Below are positions 9,768-17,605 of a stretch of 42,286 nt of DNA, piece by piece (position 1 is the stretch's first letter; every line of letters begins with the position of its first letter). The notes beneath the pieces are model-generated. The model searched no databases and had not been told where the DNA came from. It worked only from the letters and a program-made list of their open reading frames with translations. Source of the DNA: Erysipelotrichaceae bacterium (GTDB lineage Bacteria > Bacillota_I > Bacilli_A > RFN20 > CAG-826); assembly GCA_012744375.1 (NCBI GenBank), contig JAAYCD010000032.1, positions 1-42,286 of the forward strand, written 5' to 3'. The position numbers were made by a program, and so were the translations under genes.

Positions 9768-10516
9768 GTTTGTGCCTCCCAAAGGACAACGGCGACGTTA
9801 TCAGTACCACCATTAGCGTTGCTAATGGCAATTAATTCATTAACTTTTTGTTCAATCGTGTCTTTGCCGCGAAGAATTGAGGAAACATCAGTTAAAGGAA
9901 CATTGTTTACTAAGCCGTCACTACAAATTAAAATCGTCTCGTTAGCGTAAGGAAAAGACTTTATTTGATAGCTGGCGCTAGGATAAACACCTAAAGCATT
10001 CATTAAGACATGACGCTTTGGATGAGTAAGTGCTTCCTCAGGAGTAATTTGTCCAGTTCTTAATAAATATCCAACGTATGTTTGGTCTTCGCTCACCTGT
10101 ACTAAGTCATGATGATTTTTTAAAATATAGCAACGAGAATCACCAACATGGCCTAAAATGGCTGTGCCATTAATGAGTAGAACCATCGTCACCGTAGTTC
10201 CCATTCCTTTATATATTTCATTGGCTTGGGCTTGTTCATAAATGCATTTGTTGGCTTCTTTAATGACACTCGAAACCCACATTCTTGCGATAATGTTTTG
10301 GAAAAAATACTTCGTATTTTTAAAAGCATTAACAATTGTGTTAATCGCTAATGAAGAAGCTAAGTCACCTTTATTTTGTCCACCCATACCATCGCACACT
10401 ACGAGCAAAACATGGCCAGCGGCATTAGTTAAAGCAATGGCTTGATCTTCATTAGAAAGACGAACCTTACCAATATCAGTGCGATAGGAGAAACGACCAG
10501 TCAAATATTTTTTCAT
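9764..10516 (-). CDS. prpC: PP2C-family Ser/Thr protein phosphatase
   Basis: 250 aa. Contains RLSNEDQ, CDGMGG, GDSRCY, LICSDGL and GGTDNV motifs. ATGA overlap with the rlmN stop. Confidence 0.92.
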   Translation of the reverse strand: MKKYLTGRFSYRTDIGKVRLSNEDQAIALTNAAGHVLLVVCDGMGGQNKGDLASSLAINTIVNAFKNTKYFFQNIIARMWVSSVIKEANKCIYEQAQANEIYKGMGTTVTMVLLINGTAILGHVGDSRCYILKNHHDLVQVSEDQTYVGYLLRTGQITPEEALTHPKRHVLMNALGVYPSASYQIKSFPYANETILICSDGLVNNVPLTDVSSILRGKDTIEQKVNELIAISNANGGTDNVAVVLWEAQT

Positions 10517-11565
10517 GTGTTCGCCTCCTCTTCTACCTTAGCCTTTAACTGCCCACAGGCAGCATCGATATCGCTACCAAATTCTTTTCTAATCGTCGCT
10601 GTCACTCCACCCTTCATTAAATAATCAAGGAAAGCGTGAACACGATTACCACTAGAGCGATGAAATTCAGCGAATTTATTTGTTTCATTATATGGGATAA
10701 GATTTACATACCCCATCGTTCCTTTGATGAGTTCGATAAGTTGTCGTGCATGTTCTTTGGTATCATTAATATTTTCTAATAATAAGTATTCATAGGTGAC
10801 ACGGCGATTAGTTTCTTTTTCGTAATATCTAACGGCTTCCATCACTTTTTCAAGCGGATAAGCGCGATTTATACGCATTAACTTATTACGCAATTCGTTA
10901 TTTGGGGCGTGAAGAGAAATCGCCAAATTAGTTTGTAAGTGTTCATCGGCATAGCGATAAATACCTTCGGTAATTCCGCAGGTGGATACTGTAATATGTC
11001 TTGCGCCAATAGCTAAACCTTTTGGATGATTAACAATTTTGATGAAATCTAGGACTGGTTCATAGTTATCAAAAGGTTCGCCCGTCCCCATAATCGTGAC
11101 ATGGGTGACTCGCTGACCTTTATTTTCTTCCTTAAGTAATTGGTTAAGCACGAAAATTTGCCCCACCATTTCAGCGGCCGATAAATTTCTTTTCTTGCCT
11201 AAAATTCCAGACGAACAAAATGTACAACCCATATTACAACCGACTTGTGAGGAAACACAAGCTGCACAACCATAGTTATAACGCATCAAGACGCACTCGA
11301 CTTGGCAGCCATCTTCGAGATTTAGTAAAAGTTTAATCGTGCCATCATTACTTATTTGCTTAGTGTGAATACTCGGTAAAACCAAGCAATATTTTTGCTT
11401 TAAGACTTCGCGGAAACTTTTTGAGATGTCAGTCATCTCTTCAAAGTCACGCGCTTTTTTTTCGTAAATCCACGAATAAAGCTGAGTGGCCCGGAAAGGT
11501 TTTTGGCCTTCCGCCTCCATCAAAGCGCTAAGTTTACTCATTTCTAGTCCATAAAGATTAATCAT
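10513..11565 (-). CDS. rlmN: 23S rRNA/tRNA A2503 C2-methyltransferase, radical SAM
   Basis: CNMGCTFC radical-SAM cluster motif; N-terminus MINLYGLEMSKLSALMEAEGQKPFRATQLYSWIY; C-terminal DIDAACGQL. ATG 11565 is preferred over the adjacent TTG 11568. Confidence 0.95.
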   Translation of the reverse strand: MINLYGLEMSKLSALMEAEGQKPFRATQLYSWIYEKKARDFEEMTDISKSFREVLKQKYCLVLPSIHTKQISNDGTIKLLLNLEDGCQVECVLMRYNYGCAACVSSQVGCNMGCTFCSSGILGKKRNLSAAEMVGQIFVLNQLLKEENKGQRVTHVTIMGTGEPFDNYEPVLDFIKIVNHPKGLAIGARHITVSTCGITEGIYRYADEHLQTNLAISLHAPNNELRNKLMRINRAYPLEKVMEAVRYYEKETNRRVTYEYLLLENINDTKEHARQLIELIKGTMGYVNLIPYNETNKFAEFHRSSGNRVHAFLDYLMKGGVTATIRKEFGSDIDAACGQLKAKVEEEANT

Positions 11566-12820
11566 CAATACTACCCTTTTTCATGACTGCAAAGTAATAT
11601 GAACATCCGACTCTCTTGTATGGGAAATATTGCTTGTCTCTAATTAAGACATATTCTTGGTGTTCATTGAGGAAATCATTAACGATCGCGGAACTTTCTT
11701 TTTTAGAAATAGTATCCACTAAATACATGAGATAACCACCTTCTTCAACTTGTCCGGCTGCTTCTTCTAAAGCTACTCTTTGATTGGCGATTAACTCGTC
11801 GAGTTTTTCTAAATCAAAACGCAAGAAATAATCTGGCAAAAGTTGCAGTAAGTTAAGATGTGAATTATCAGGCATAACAATGAAGGTATGAACTGATTTA
11901 GAAACACAAGTGATGATTGAAGTGGCTTGTGCTTCATAAACATTCACTCCTTTTAAGAAATTGTTTTTCGCTAAGAAATTTTTCACGTTATTGACAGTGT
12001 TTATATTATTAGCAATAAATTCTACGTTGGTTAACGTGGCATATCTTGCCATAAATTCTGAGAAAATATCATTAGGATATTCACAATAAATCGCTAAACC
12101 CCTCAATAAGTCGACTTCGCCCACATCAAGCATTTCTTTAAATGCTAAAGGTAATGGGAATGCTAAATGTTTTTCATTAACAAGGTGATTTTTGAATTTT
12201 TGGTCACCTTTATATAAAGCGACGCCATTTATATTTTCGACTCTTTCAAATTCTGGATATTTTTCGAAGAAATCGTCATCCCTAATCAGAGTATTGTTTA
12301 TCCTCACTACGACTGGAGCGGGACGAGAATTTGCTCTTAATATTTTGTTGGCAGAAATGTGACCGAATTGTTTATGCCACATTCTGACAATGTTGACCGG
12401 AGTGTTGTAACGATAGGACAAAAAATCATAAGATCCAATTTCAATATCGTTTGGCACTAACTTTCTTTCATCCATATATGGCGTGATAAAGTTTTCAACA
12501 CTTGGTTCACCTTCTTTGATAAAAGCTGCTGCAGCTTTATTGCATTCTGCTTGATCAAGTTTTTTGATAAATAAAGCATTGCTTAATGCAATAAGCATTA
12601 AGATAACTCCCTCGTTTTCCATATCTGGATAAGTAGTTTGAACAATGCGATTCATCACCAAATAATGGCGCAAAACACAACCAACAATTGCGGAAATAAC
12701 AATTTTATCATCTCTAACAAGATTGTTGTGTTTAAAAACCGACTTTAACGCAAGCGAAAACGGAACGCGTTCATAGATGATTTTGATGAGAAGTTCTTTT
12801 GCCAAAGTTTGTTGGACCAT
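11558..12820 (-). CDS. RsmB/Sun-family homologue (NusB-like N-domain plus degenerate methyltransferase domain), probably catalytically inactive
   Basis: Collinear with RsmB (YNTPVNIVRMWHKQFG, NSRPAPVVVRINN, GGYLMY) and in the RsmB position between priA and rlmN. The SAM loop and both catalytic Cys are missing (see finding). The start was moved to ATG 12820, with GGAGG 8 nt upstream. Confidence 0.8.
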   Translation of the reverse strand: MVQQTLAKELLIKIIYERVPFSLALKSVFKHNNLVRDDKIVISAIVGCVLRHYLVMNRIVQTTYPDMENEGVILMLIALSNALFIKKLDQAECNKAAAAFIKEGEPSVENFITPYMDERKLVPNDIEIGSYDFLSYRYNTPVNIVRMWHKQFGHISANKILRANSRPAPVVVRINNTLIRDDDFFEKYPEFERVENINGVALYKGDQKFKNHLVNEKHLAFPLPLAFKEMLDVGEVDLLRGLAIYCEYPNDIFSEFMARYATLTNVEFIANNINTVNNVKNFLAKNNFLKGVNVYEAQATSIITCVSKSVHTFIVMPDNSHLNLLQLLPDYFLRFDLEKLDELIANQRVALEEAAGQVEEGGYLMYLVDTISKKESSAIVNDFLNEHQEYVLIRDKQYFPYKRVGCSYYFAVMKKGSIDD

Positions 12821-12837
12821 ATCGTTATCCTCCAATG

Positions 12838-13287
12838 TCAACCTTTTAAAGATTCGAAAATATCACCGGTGAAAATTTCATCATCGCCTTCACCTTCTTC
12901 TTTACCTTCGTAATCTTCACTTTCTGTGGTTACTAAATTATCTTCACTAATAAAAAGTGGATAAGTGTCGTTGATTTGTACATAGCGGTCACCTTGAGCA
13001 TAGTAATAAAATTCTAGCGTCTTATTAATGGCGACTTCTCCAATTCCTTTAAGAATTAGATTTGCTACTTGATCTTGTAACACGGCAACCTTTTTTGGTG
13101 CGTGCACATGGACAATGATATTCCAAGATGTTTGTTCAACCCCTAAATGGAAAACCATATTTTCTGGTGCGACAAAAACGATGTCTTCATTTTTGACTTC
13201 ATATAATTTAGCCAGGTTGGGCGTCATTTCTCTAGACAAACGTCCAACAACAAATTGGTCAAGACCATAAATGGTGATTGTAATCAT
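12838..13287 (-). CDS. Small cytoplasmic protein, possibly DUF1904/tautomerase-like fold, with a ~40-aa acidic C-terminal tail
   Basis: 149 aa: MITITIYGLDQFVVGRLSREMTPNLAKLYEV...IIVHVHAPKK...LEFYYY, then ESEDYEGKEEGEGDDEIFTGDIFESL. GAGGT SD. The family assignment rests on remembered sequence pattern only. Confidence 0.6.
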   Translation of the reverse strand: MITITIYGLDQFVVGRLSREMTPNLAKLYEVKNEDIVFVAPENMVFHLGVEQTSWNIIVHVHAPKKVAVLQDQVANLILKGIGEVAINKTLEFYYYAQGDRYVQINDTYPLFISEDNLVTTESEDYEGKEEGEGDDEIFTGDIFESLKG

Positions 13288-13335
13288 AAAAATATACCTC
13301 GTATTTACTATAATACAAATAATACATTTTTAATA

Positions 13336-15531
13336 TTAAAAATTGTATGGGTCGATATTAATCAATAAGTCAAAATGACTTGAATATCCATATAATTGTT
13401 GCATATTTTGTAAGACTGACTGCATTAGTTCACGGTTGGTATATTTTATTTGAATCGACCTTAAAAATAGTCCGCGTTCGTAAGGAACATAAGGAGTTGC
13501 TGGTCCTAATACTAGCCCATTTTCTTGGAGATGTTCATTTAAGTAATCAACGATTTGATAAGTGCTTTCAATAACCTTTTTTTCGTTTTTTCCCTTGATA
13601 GTAATTCCGACTAAAAATGCATAAGGCGGATAAAACTGTAATTTTCGCATTTCCATTTCTTTACGATAAAATTGCTCATAATCTTGTCGCGCAGCAAAAG
13701 TAATTGCATAGTGGGAAGGTTGATAGGTTTGGATGATGGCATAACCAGGTTTATCTTTTCTACCAGAACGGCCAATTGCTTGAGTGATAAGTTGGAAGGC
13801 GCGTTCACTACTCCTAAAGGAGGGCATTGATAAACCGATATCAGCGAGGACGATTCCAACAAGTGTCACATCTGGAAAATCATGACCTTTGGCAATCATT
13901 TGTGTGCCAATTAAAACGTTGGCTTCTTTATTTCTAAAAGCTTCGATAACCAAAGGTATTTTATTTTTATTTTTTGCAGAATCACTATCCAAACGTAACG
14001 TCTTGGCCGAAGGAAAAAGTCGTTCAATTTCTTCTTCAATTTTTTCAGTACCAAAGCCAGTTTTAATTAAATATGAAGATCCACAAGTTGGACAACTTCC
14101 TGTTAATGGCTCAACATAATCGCAGTGATGACACTTGAGCATATTATCAGTCTTATGATAAGTCATCGCAATTTTACAAGTCGGACAAGTGAATACATAT
14201 CCGCAGCTTCGGCAAGTGACGTTTGTGGAAAATCCACGACGATTGATTAGCAAAATTGCTTGTTCGTTTTTTGCTAAAGTTTGATGCATGGCTTCACGTA
14301 ACGCATGCGAAAAAATGTAACTATCGCGATCAATATTTTTATAATCTCGCATGTTGACGATTTTTGTTGTTGGAAGTTTTTGATTATTGATGCGTTTATT
14401 TAAGTAGAGCATATGATAAACCTTTTTAGATCCGCGAGCACGTGATTCCAAAGAAGGAGTTGCACTACCCAAAAGAACTTTAGCTCCGTGATATTTTGCA
14501 CGCATTATTGCTATGTCCCTAGCGTGATAAAATGGCAGTGTGTCTTGTTTATATGTTTCGGTATGTTCTTCGTCAAGAACGATGAGACCAATATTTGGCA
14601 AAGGGGCAAAAATCGCACTTCTCACACCGACGACAATTTGACATTCGCCACGCGCTATCTTGCGATATTCATCATATCTTTCGGCAGGAGTTAACTCGCT
14701 ATGTAAAATAGCGATATGTGTTGAAAAACGGTGCAAAAAATATTCTACCATCATCGGCGTTAATGAGATTTCAGGCACAAGCATTAAAACGCTTTTTCCT
14801 TGTTTGAGATATTGTTCGGATAAGGCGAGATATATTTCTGTTTTACCACTGCCAGTTACCCCTTCAAGCAAATAAACTAGATCTTTACTTCCATTGAATT
14901 CATTTATCACACTTTTTTGGTCATCACTCAGCGCTGGAGGAGCTTCATATTTATAGTTTGGAATTTTTAAGCGCCTTTTTTCTTCTTTTACTTCGACGAT
15001 ATGGCCTTTATCCAATAAATTCATTACATATTTTGCTTTGCTAACATTGCGTTTTAATATGCGTCCTTCATTTTTGATTAAGCGAATTAGTTCAATTTGT
15101 TTATTGGTTAAATTTGATTCATCATCATTCGCCACTTCGTAGTAATAATCAAAAGCAATACCTGGAGCTTTTAATGCCGATTTTCTTGGCGATAACGAAG
15201 GGGGGAGCATCGCTTGTAAAAAGCTAATCTTTGGAGCAAGATAATAGGAAGATACTTCGTCTAACAATGAAAAAAGTTCTTCATTTAATAAGGGGCTTTC
15301 ATCAATTAATTTTTTTATTTCTTGTATTTCAAAACCCATTTCTTCATTTAGTTGGGCAATAGTTTTGTTTGTATCGATAACGTTTAAAACATAACCGACG
15401 ATATCGCGATTATTGAAAGTGATCAGCACTCTGGTGCCTTTTATGATAATTTTATCGCCTTGATATACATAGGAAAATGGACGGTTTAAGGAACTTTGTG
15501 CGTATTCGATGAGTACTTCTAATAATTGCAT
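13336..15531 (-). CDS. priA: Primosomal replication-restart helicase PriA
   Basis: 731 aa. Contains GVTGSGKT (Walker A), LDEEH, and a Cys-rich zinc insertion CRSCGYVFTCPTCKIAMTYH...CHHCDY...CPTCGS. Confidence 0.95.
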   Translation of the reverse strand: MQLLEVLIEYAQSSLNRPFSYVYQGDKIIIKGTRVLITFNNRDIVGYVLNVIDTNKTIAQLNEEMGFEIQEIKKLIDESPLLNEELFSLLDEVSSYYLAPKISFLQAMLPPSLSPRKSALKAPGIAFDYYYEVANDDESNLTNKQIELIRLIKNEGRILKRNVSKAKYVMNLLDKGHIVEVKEEKRRLKIPNYKYEAPPALSDDQKSVINEFNGSKDLVYLLEGVTGSGKTEIYLALSEQYLKQGKSVLMLVPEISLTPMMVEYFLHRFSTHIAILHSELTPAERYDEYRKIARGECQIVVGVRSAIFAPLPNIGLIVLDEEHTETYKQDTLPFYHARDIAIMRAKYHGAKVLLGSATPSLESRARGSKKVYHMLYLNKRINNQKLPTTKIVNMRDYKNIDRDSYIFSHALREAMHQTLAKNEQAILLINRRGFSTNVTCRSCGYVFTCPTCKIAMTYHKTDNMLKCHHCDYVEPLTGSCPTCGSSYLIKTGFGTEKIEEEIERLFPSAKTLRLDSDSAKNKNKIPLVIEAFRNKEANVLIGTQMIAKGHDFPDVTLVGIVLADIGLSMPSFRSSERAFQLITQAIGRSGRKDKPGYAIIQTYQPSHYAITFAARQDYEQFYRKEMEMRKLQFYPPYAFLVGITIKGKNEKKVIESTYQIVDYLNEHLQENGLVLGPATPYVPYERGLFLRSIQIKYTNRELMQSVLQNMQQLYGYSSHFDLLINIDPYNF

Positions 15532-15543
15532 AGGCTATACATA

Positions 15544-16116
15544 TTAATCTTCATCAAGTTTTTTTATTATTGAGATAATTTCATCTCCTGCCCGTTTTAT
15601 GTTGTCATTAAGAATAATAAAGTCATAGTTTTGGGCTTTTTCCATTTCACTTTTGCCTTTGGCTAGTCGTTTTTGAATGACTTCTTCTGGTTCAGACTTT
15701 CTTTTCCGTATCCTTAGTTCCAGTGCTCTTAAGGAAGGGGGGGCAAGGAAAAATGAAACAACGCGGTCGTCCTTAACCTTTTTTAAGACTTGTTCCGCGC
15801 CATTAATTTCGATTTCTAGAATGACATTTTTGCCTTGATTACGCATTTCTTCGACATAGCTTTTCGGTGTGCCGTAACGATTACCAACGAATTCTGCCCA
15901 CTCTAAAAAATTATCGTTGTCGATGTTCTTTTGGAATTCTTCCCGAGAAACAAAGAAATATTCAACGCCGTTAGTTTCATTTGCTCTTGGGGCCCTAGTT
16001 GTCATAGAAATAGAAAAAACTAGTGGTAAGGCATTGCGGTTCATAATGTATTTTCTAACCGTTCCCTTGCCAACGCCCGAAGGACCACTCAAAATGATTA
16101 ATAAGCCCTTTTTCAT
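15544..16116 (-). CDS. gmk: Guanylate kinase
   Basis: 190 aa. Contains LSGPSGVGKGT (P-loop), SMTTRAPR and EYFFVSREEF. Confidence 0.95.
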   Translation of the reverse strand: MKKGLLIILSGPSGVGKGTVRKYIMNRNALPLVFSISMTTRAPRANETNGVEYFFVSREEFQKNIDNDNFLEWAEFVGNRYGTPKSYVEEMRNQGKNVILEIEINGAEQVLKKVKDDRVVSFFLAPPSLRALELRIRKRKSEPEEVIQKRLAKGKSEMEKAQNYDFIILNDNIKRAGDEIISIIKKLDED

Positions 16117-16124
16117 ATAAATAT

Positions 16125-16153
16125 ATATTAAATATTATTTATCTTAGGGTCAA
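16125..16153 (-). promoter_or_regulatory. Candidate promoter of the gmk-priA-...-rpe operon, possibly giving a leaderless transcript
   Basis: On the minus strand: TTGACC (16153..16148), a 17-nt spacer, then TAATAT (16130..16125). Only 8 nt (ATATTTAT) separate the -10 from the gmk ATG, and there is no SD. Confidence 0.4.
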
Positions 16154-16171
16154 CACATTCACATATAACTT

Positions 16172-16200
16172 GAAATTAGCAAAAATTAAAAGCTAATTTC
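16172..16200. promoter_or_regulatory. Perfect 9-bp inverted repeat GAAATTAGC-N11-GCTAATTTC between the divergent gmk and rqcH promoters (candidate operator or hairpin)
   Basis: Read directly: 16172-16180 is the exact reverse complement of 16192-16200. The loop/spacer is AAAAATTAAAA. Confidence 0.4.
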
Positions 16201-16216
16201 TTCATATCGCTAAATC

Positions 16217-17605
16217 ATGTTATTTGTTACAATTATGACGATGAACTACTATTCTTATTCTGCATTCAAAGTAATTGAAAAAGAACTTAAAGAAAAAATT
16301 GTTGGTTGCCGTATTAACAATATCACGGTGATTAATTCTCATGATTTTCTGTGTTCTTTATCAATGGTTAAAGAGGAGAAATTACTCGTTTCATTAAACC
16401 ATCAACATCCATTTATTTGTTTGCTTGACATAACTTCTTCTAACCCGACTATTACTGGTAATTTAAACGAAAACTTACGCAAGTATTTGCGGGAAGCCTT
16501 TATACTTTCCGTTGACTTAATTCCTAACGAGCGCATCTTACATTTTGTCCTACAAAAAACCAATGATTATTATGACATCGAAAAACGTCACCTATATTTG
16601 GAGTTCATCTCTCAAAGAGCAAATTTGGTAATTACTGACGATCAGCTAAAAATTATTTTTGCCCTCCATTATTCGCCATTAACGAGTGCTAGAGCAATCT
16701 TAAATAATCTACTCTATTCTTTACCTGAGGCGATTAATCTCACCCCTGAGGAAGCGCCAACTCTTGCTTCGCTAAAAATAAATGCACAACAATATTACAA
16801 ATCAGCCATTGAAAAACACAAAAAAGAAAAGTTTTTACCATTATTTCGCTTCATCAAGAGTAGAATCAAGGCATTAAAACGAAAAATTGATATATTAAAC
16901 CGGGAAATGGATCATGCAAAATTACATCTAAATGATGTCGACCATGGCAATATGATTTTAGCCTTACAAAATGACTATGAAAACATGTCGGCATATTTAA
17001 AAAATAATAATATTGTTTTAGATGAAAATCTTTCATTAGTAGGAAACGCCAATGCGTTTTTCAAGAAATATAAGAAAAGTAAAAAGACTTTGGAAGTGGC
17101 TAATAGAGAAATTGAAAAAGCGAATCAAGAAAGTAATTATTTATCCTACTTGCTTTCTAGTAGTAACTACATGGATGACGAAGATTTATTAGCGATTACT
17201 CAAGAACTTATGCCCAAAAAAATTAGCAAGAAGAAAATTTCTTCAGTTAAATATGGAGTGGTTTCATTTCATAACACTAAGATATTATTTGGAAAAAACG
17301 CTGCTTCAAATAATGAACTGACTTTTAAAGTAGCGAGTAGAAATGATTACTTTTTACATATTAAAGATTATCAAGGAGCGCATGTGATAATTAAAAACGC
17401 TAATCCCGATGAAGAATCTAAATTAGTCGCCGCGGAGATTTGTTTAATTCTTTCGAACAAAACGGCTGGCGAAGTAATGATTGCTCCGATGAGTAATGTG
17501 AAAAAAGGCCACGCACTAGGCGAAGCCAACTTACTTAATTATCAATTAATTGTCCTGAAGCAAGTTAGAACGTCCACCATTGCTTTACTTAATAAGTCAC
17601 GCTAA
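16217..17605 (+). CDS. rqcH: RqcH / NFACT-family ribosome quality-control protein (FbpA-like, DUF814), short form
   Basis: Has an NFACT-N-like N-terminus and a central Lys-rich coiled coil. The C-terminal NFACT-R/DUF814 reads GKNAASNNELTFKVASRNDYFLHIKDYQGAHVIIKN. The true start may be ATG 16241 (MNYYSYSAFK...). At 454-462 aa it is shorter than the ~570 aa typical of the family. Confidence 0.85.
   Translation: MLFVTIMTMNYYSYSAFKVIEKELKEKIVGCRINNITVINSHDFLCSLSMVKEEKLLVSLNHQHPFICLLDITSSNPTITGNLNENLRKYLREAFILSVDLIPNERILHFVLQKTNDYYDIEKRHLYLEFISQRANLVITDDQLKIIFALHYSPLTSARAILNNLLYSLPEAINLTPEEAPTLASLKINAQQYYKSAIEKHKKEKFLPLFRFIKSRIKALKRKIDILNREMDHAKLHLNDVDHGNMILALQNDYENMSAYLKNNNIVLDENLSLVGNANAFFKKYKKSKKTLEVANREIEKANQESNYLSYLLSSSNYMDDEDLLAITQELMPKKISKKKISSVKYGVVSFHNTKILFGKNAASNNELTFKVASRNDYFLHIKDYQGAHVIIKNANPDEESKLVAAEICLILSNKTAGEVMIAPMSNVKKGHALGEANLLNYQLIVLKQVRTSTIALLNKSR
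16225..16233 (+). promoter_or_regulatory. Candidate extended -10 promoter (TGTTACAAT) for rqcH
   Basis: TG at 16225-16226 and TACAAT at 16228-16233. An in-frame ATG at 16241 lies 7 nt downstream of the -10. None of the three candidate ATGs (16217, 16235, 16241) has an SD. Confidence 0.4.
17501..17527 (-). terminator. Candidate intrinsic terminator of the atp-ppa-trmL transcript, embedded inside the 3' end of the rqcH coding sequence
   Basis: Minus strand reads GGCTTCGC-CTAGT-GCGTGGCC: six G:C pairs, one G:U and one mismatch. TTTTTT follows immediately (plus-strand A6 at 17501-17506). It lies ~80 nt past the trmL stop. Confidence 0.4.

Noticed and set aside
11455-11462. T8 (A8 on the coding strand) homopolymer inside rlmN, and several 7-mers elsewhere, considered as phase-variation tracts
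   Set aside because: Runs of 7-8 A or T are expected in a genome this AT-rich. They sit in essential housekeeping genes, and the frames are intact.
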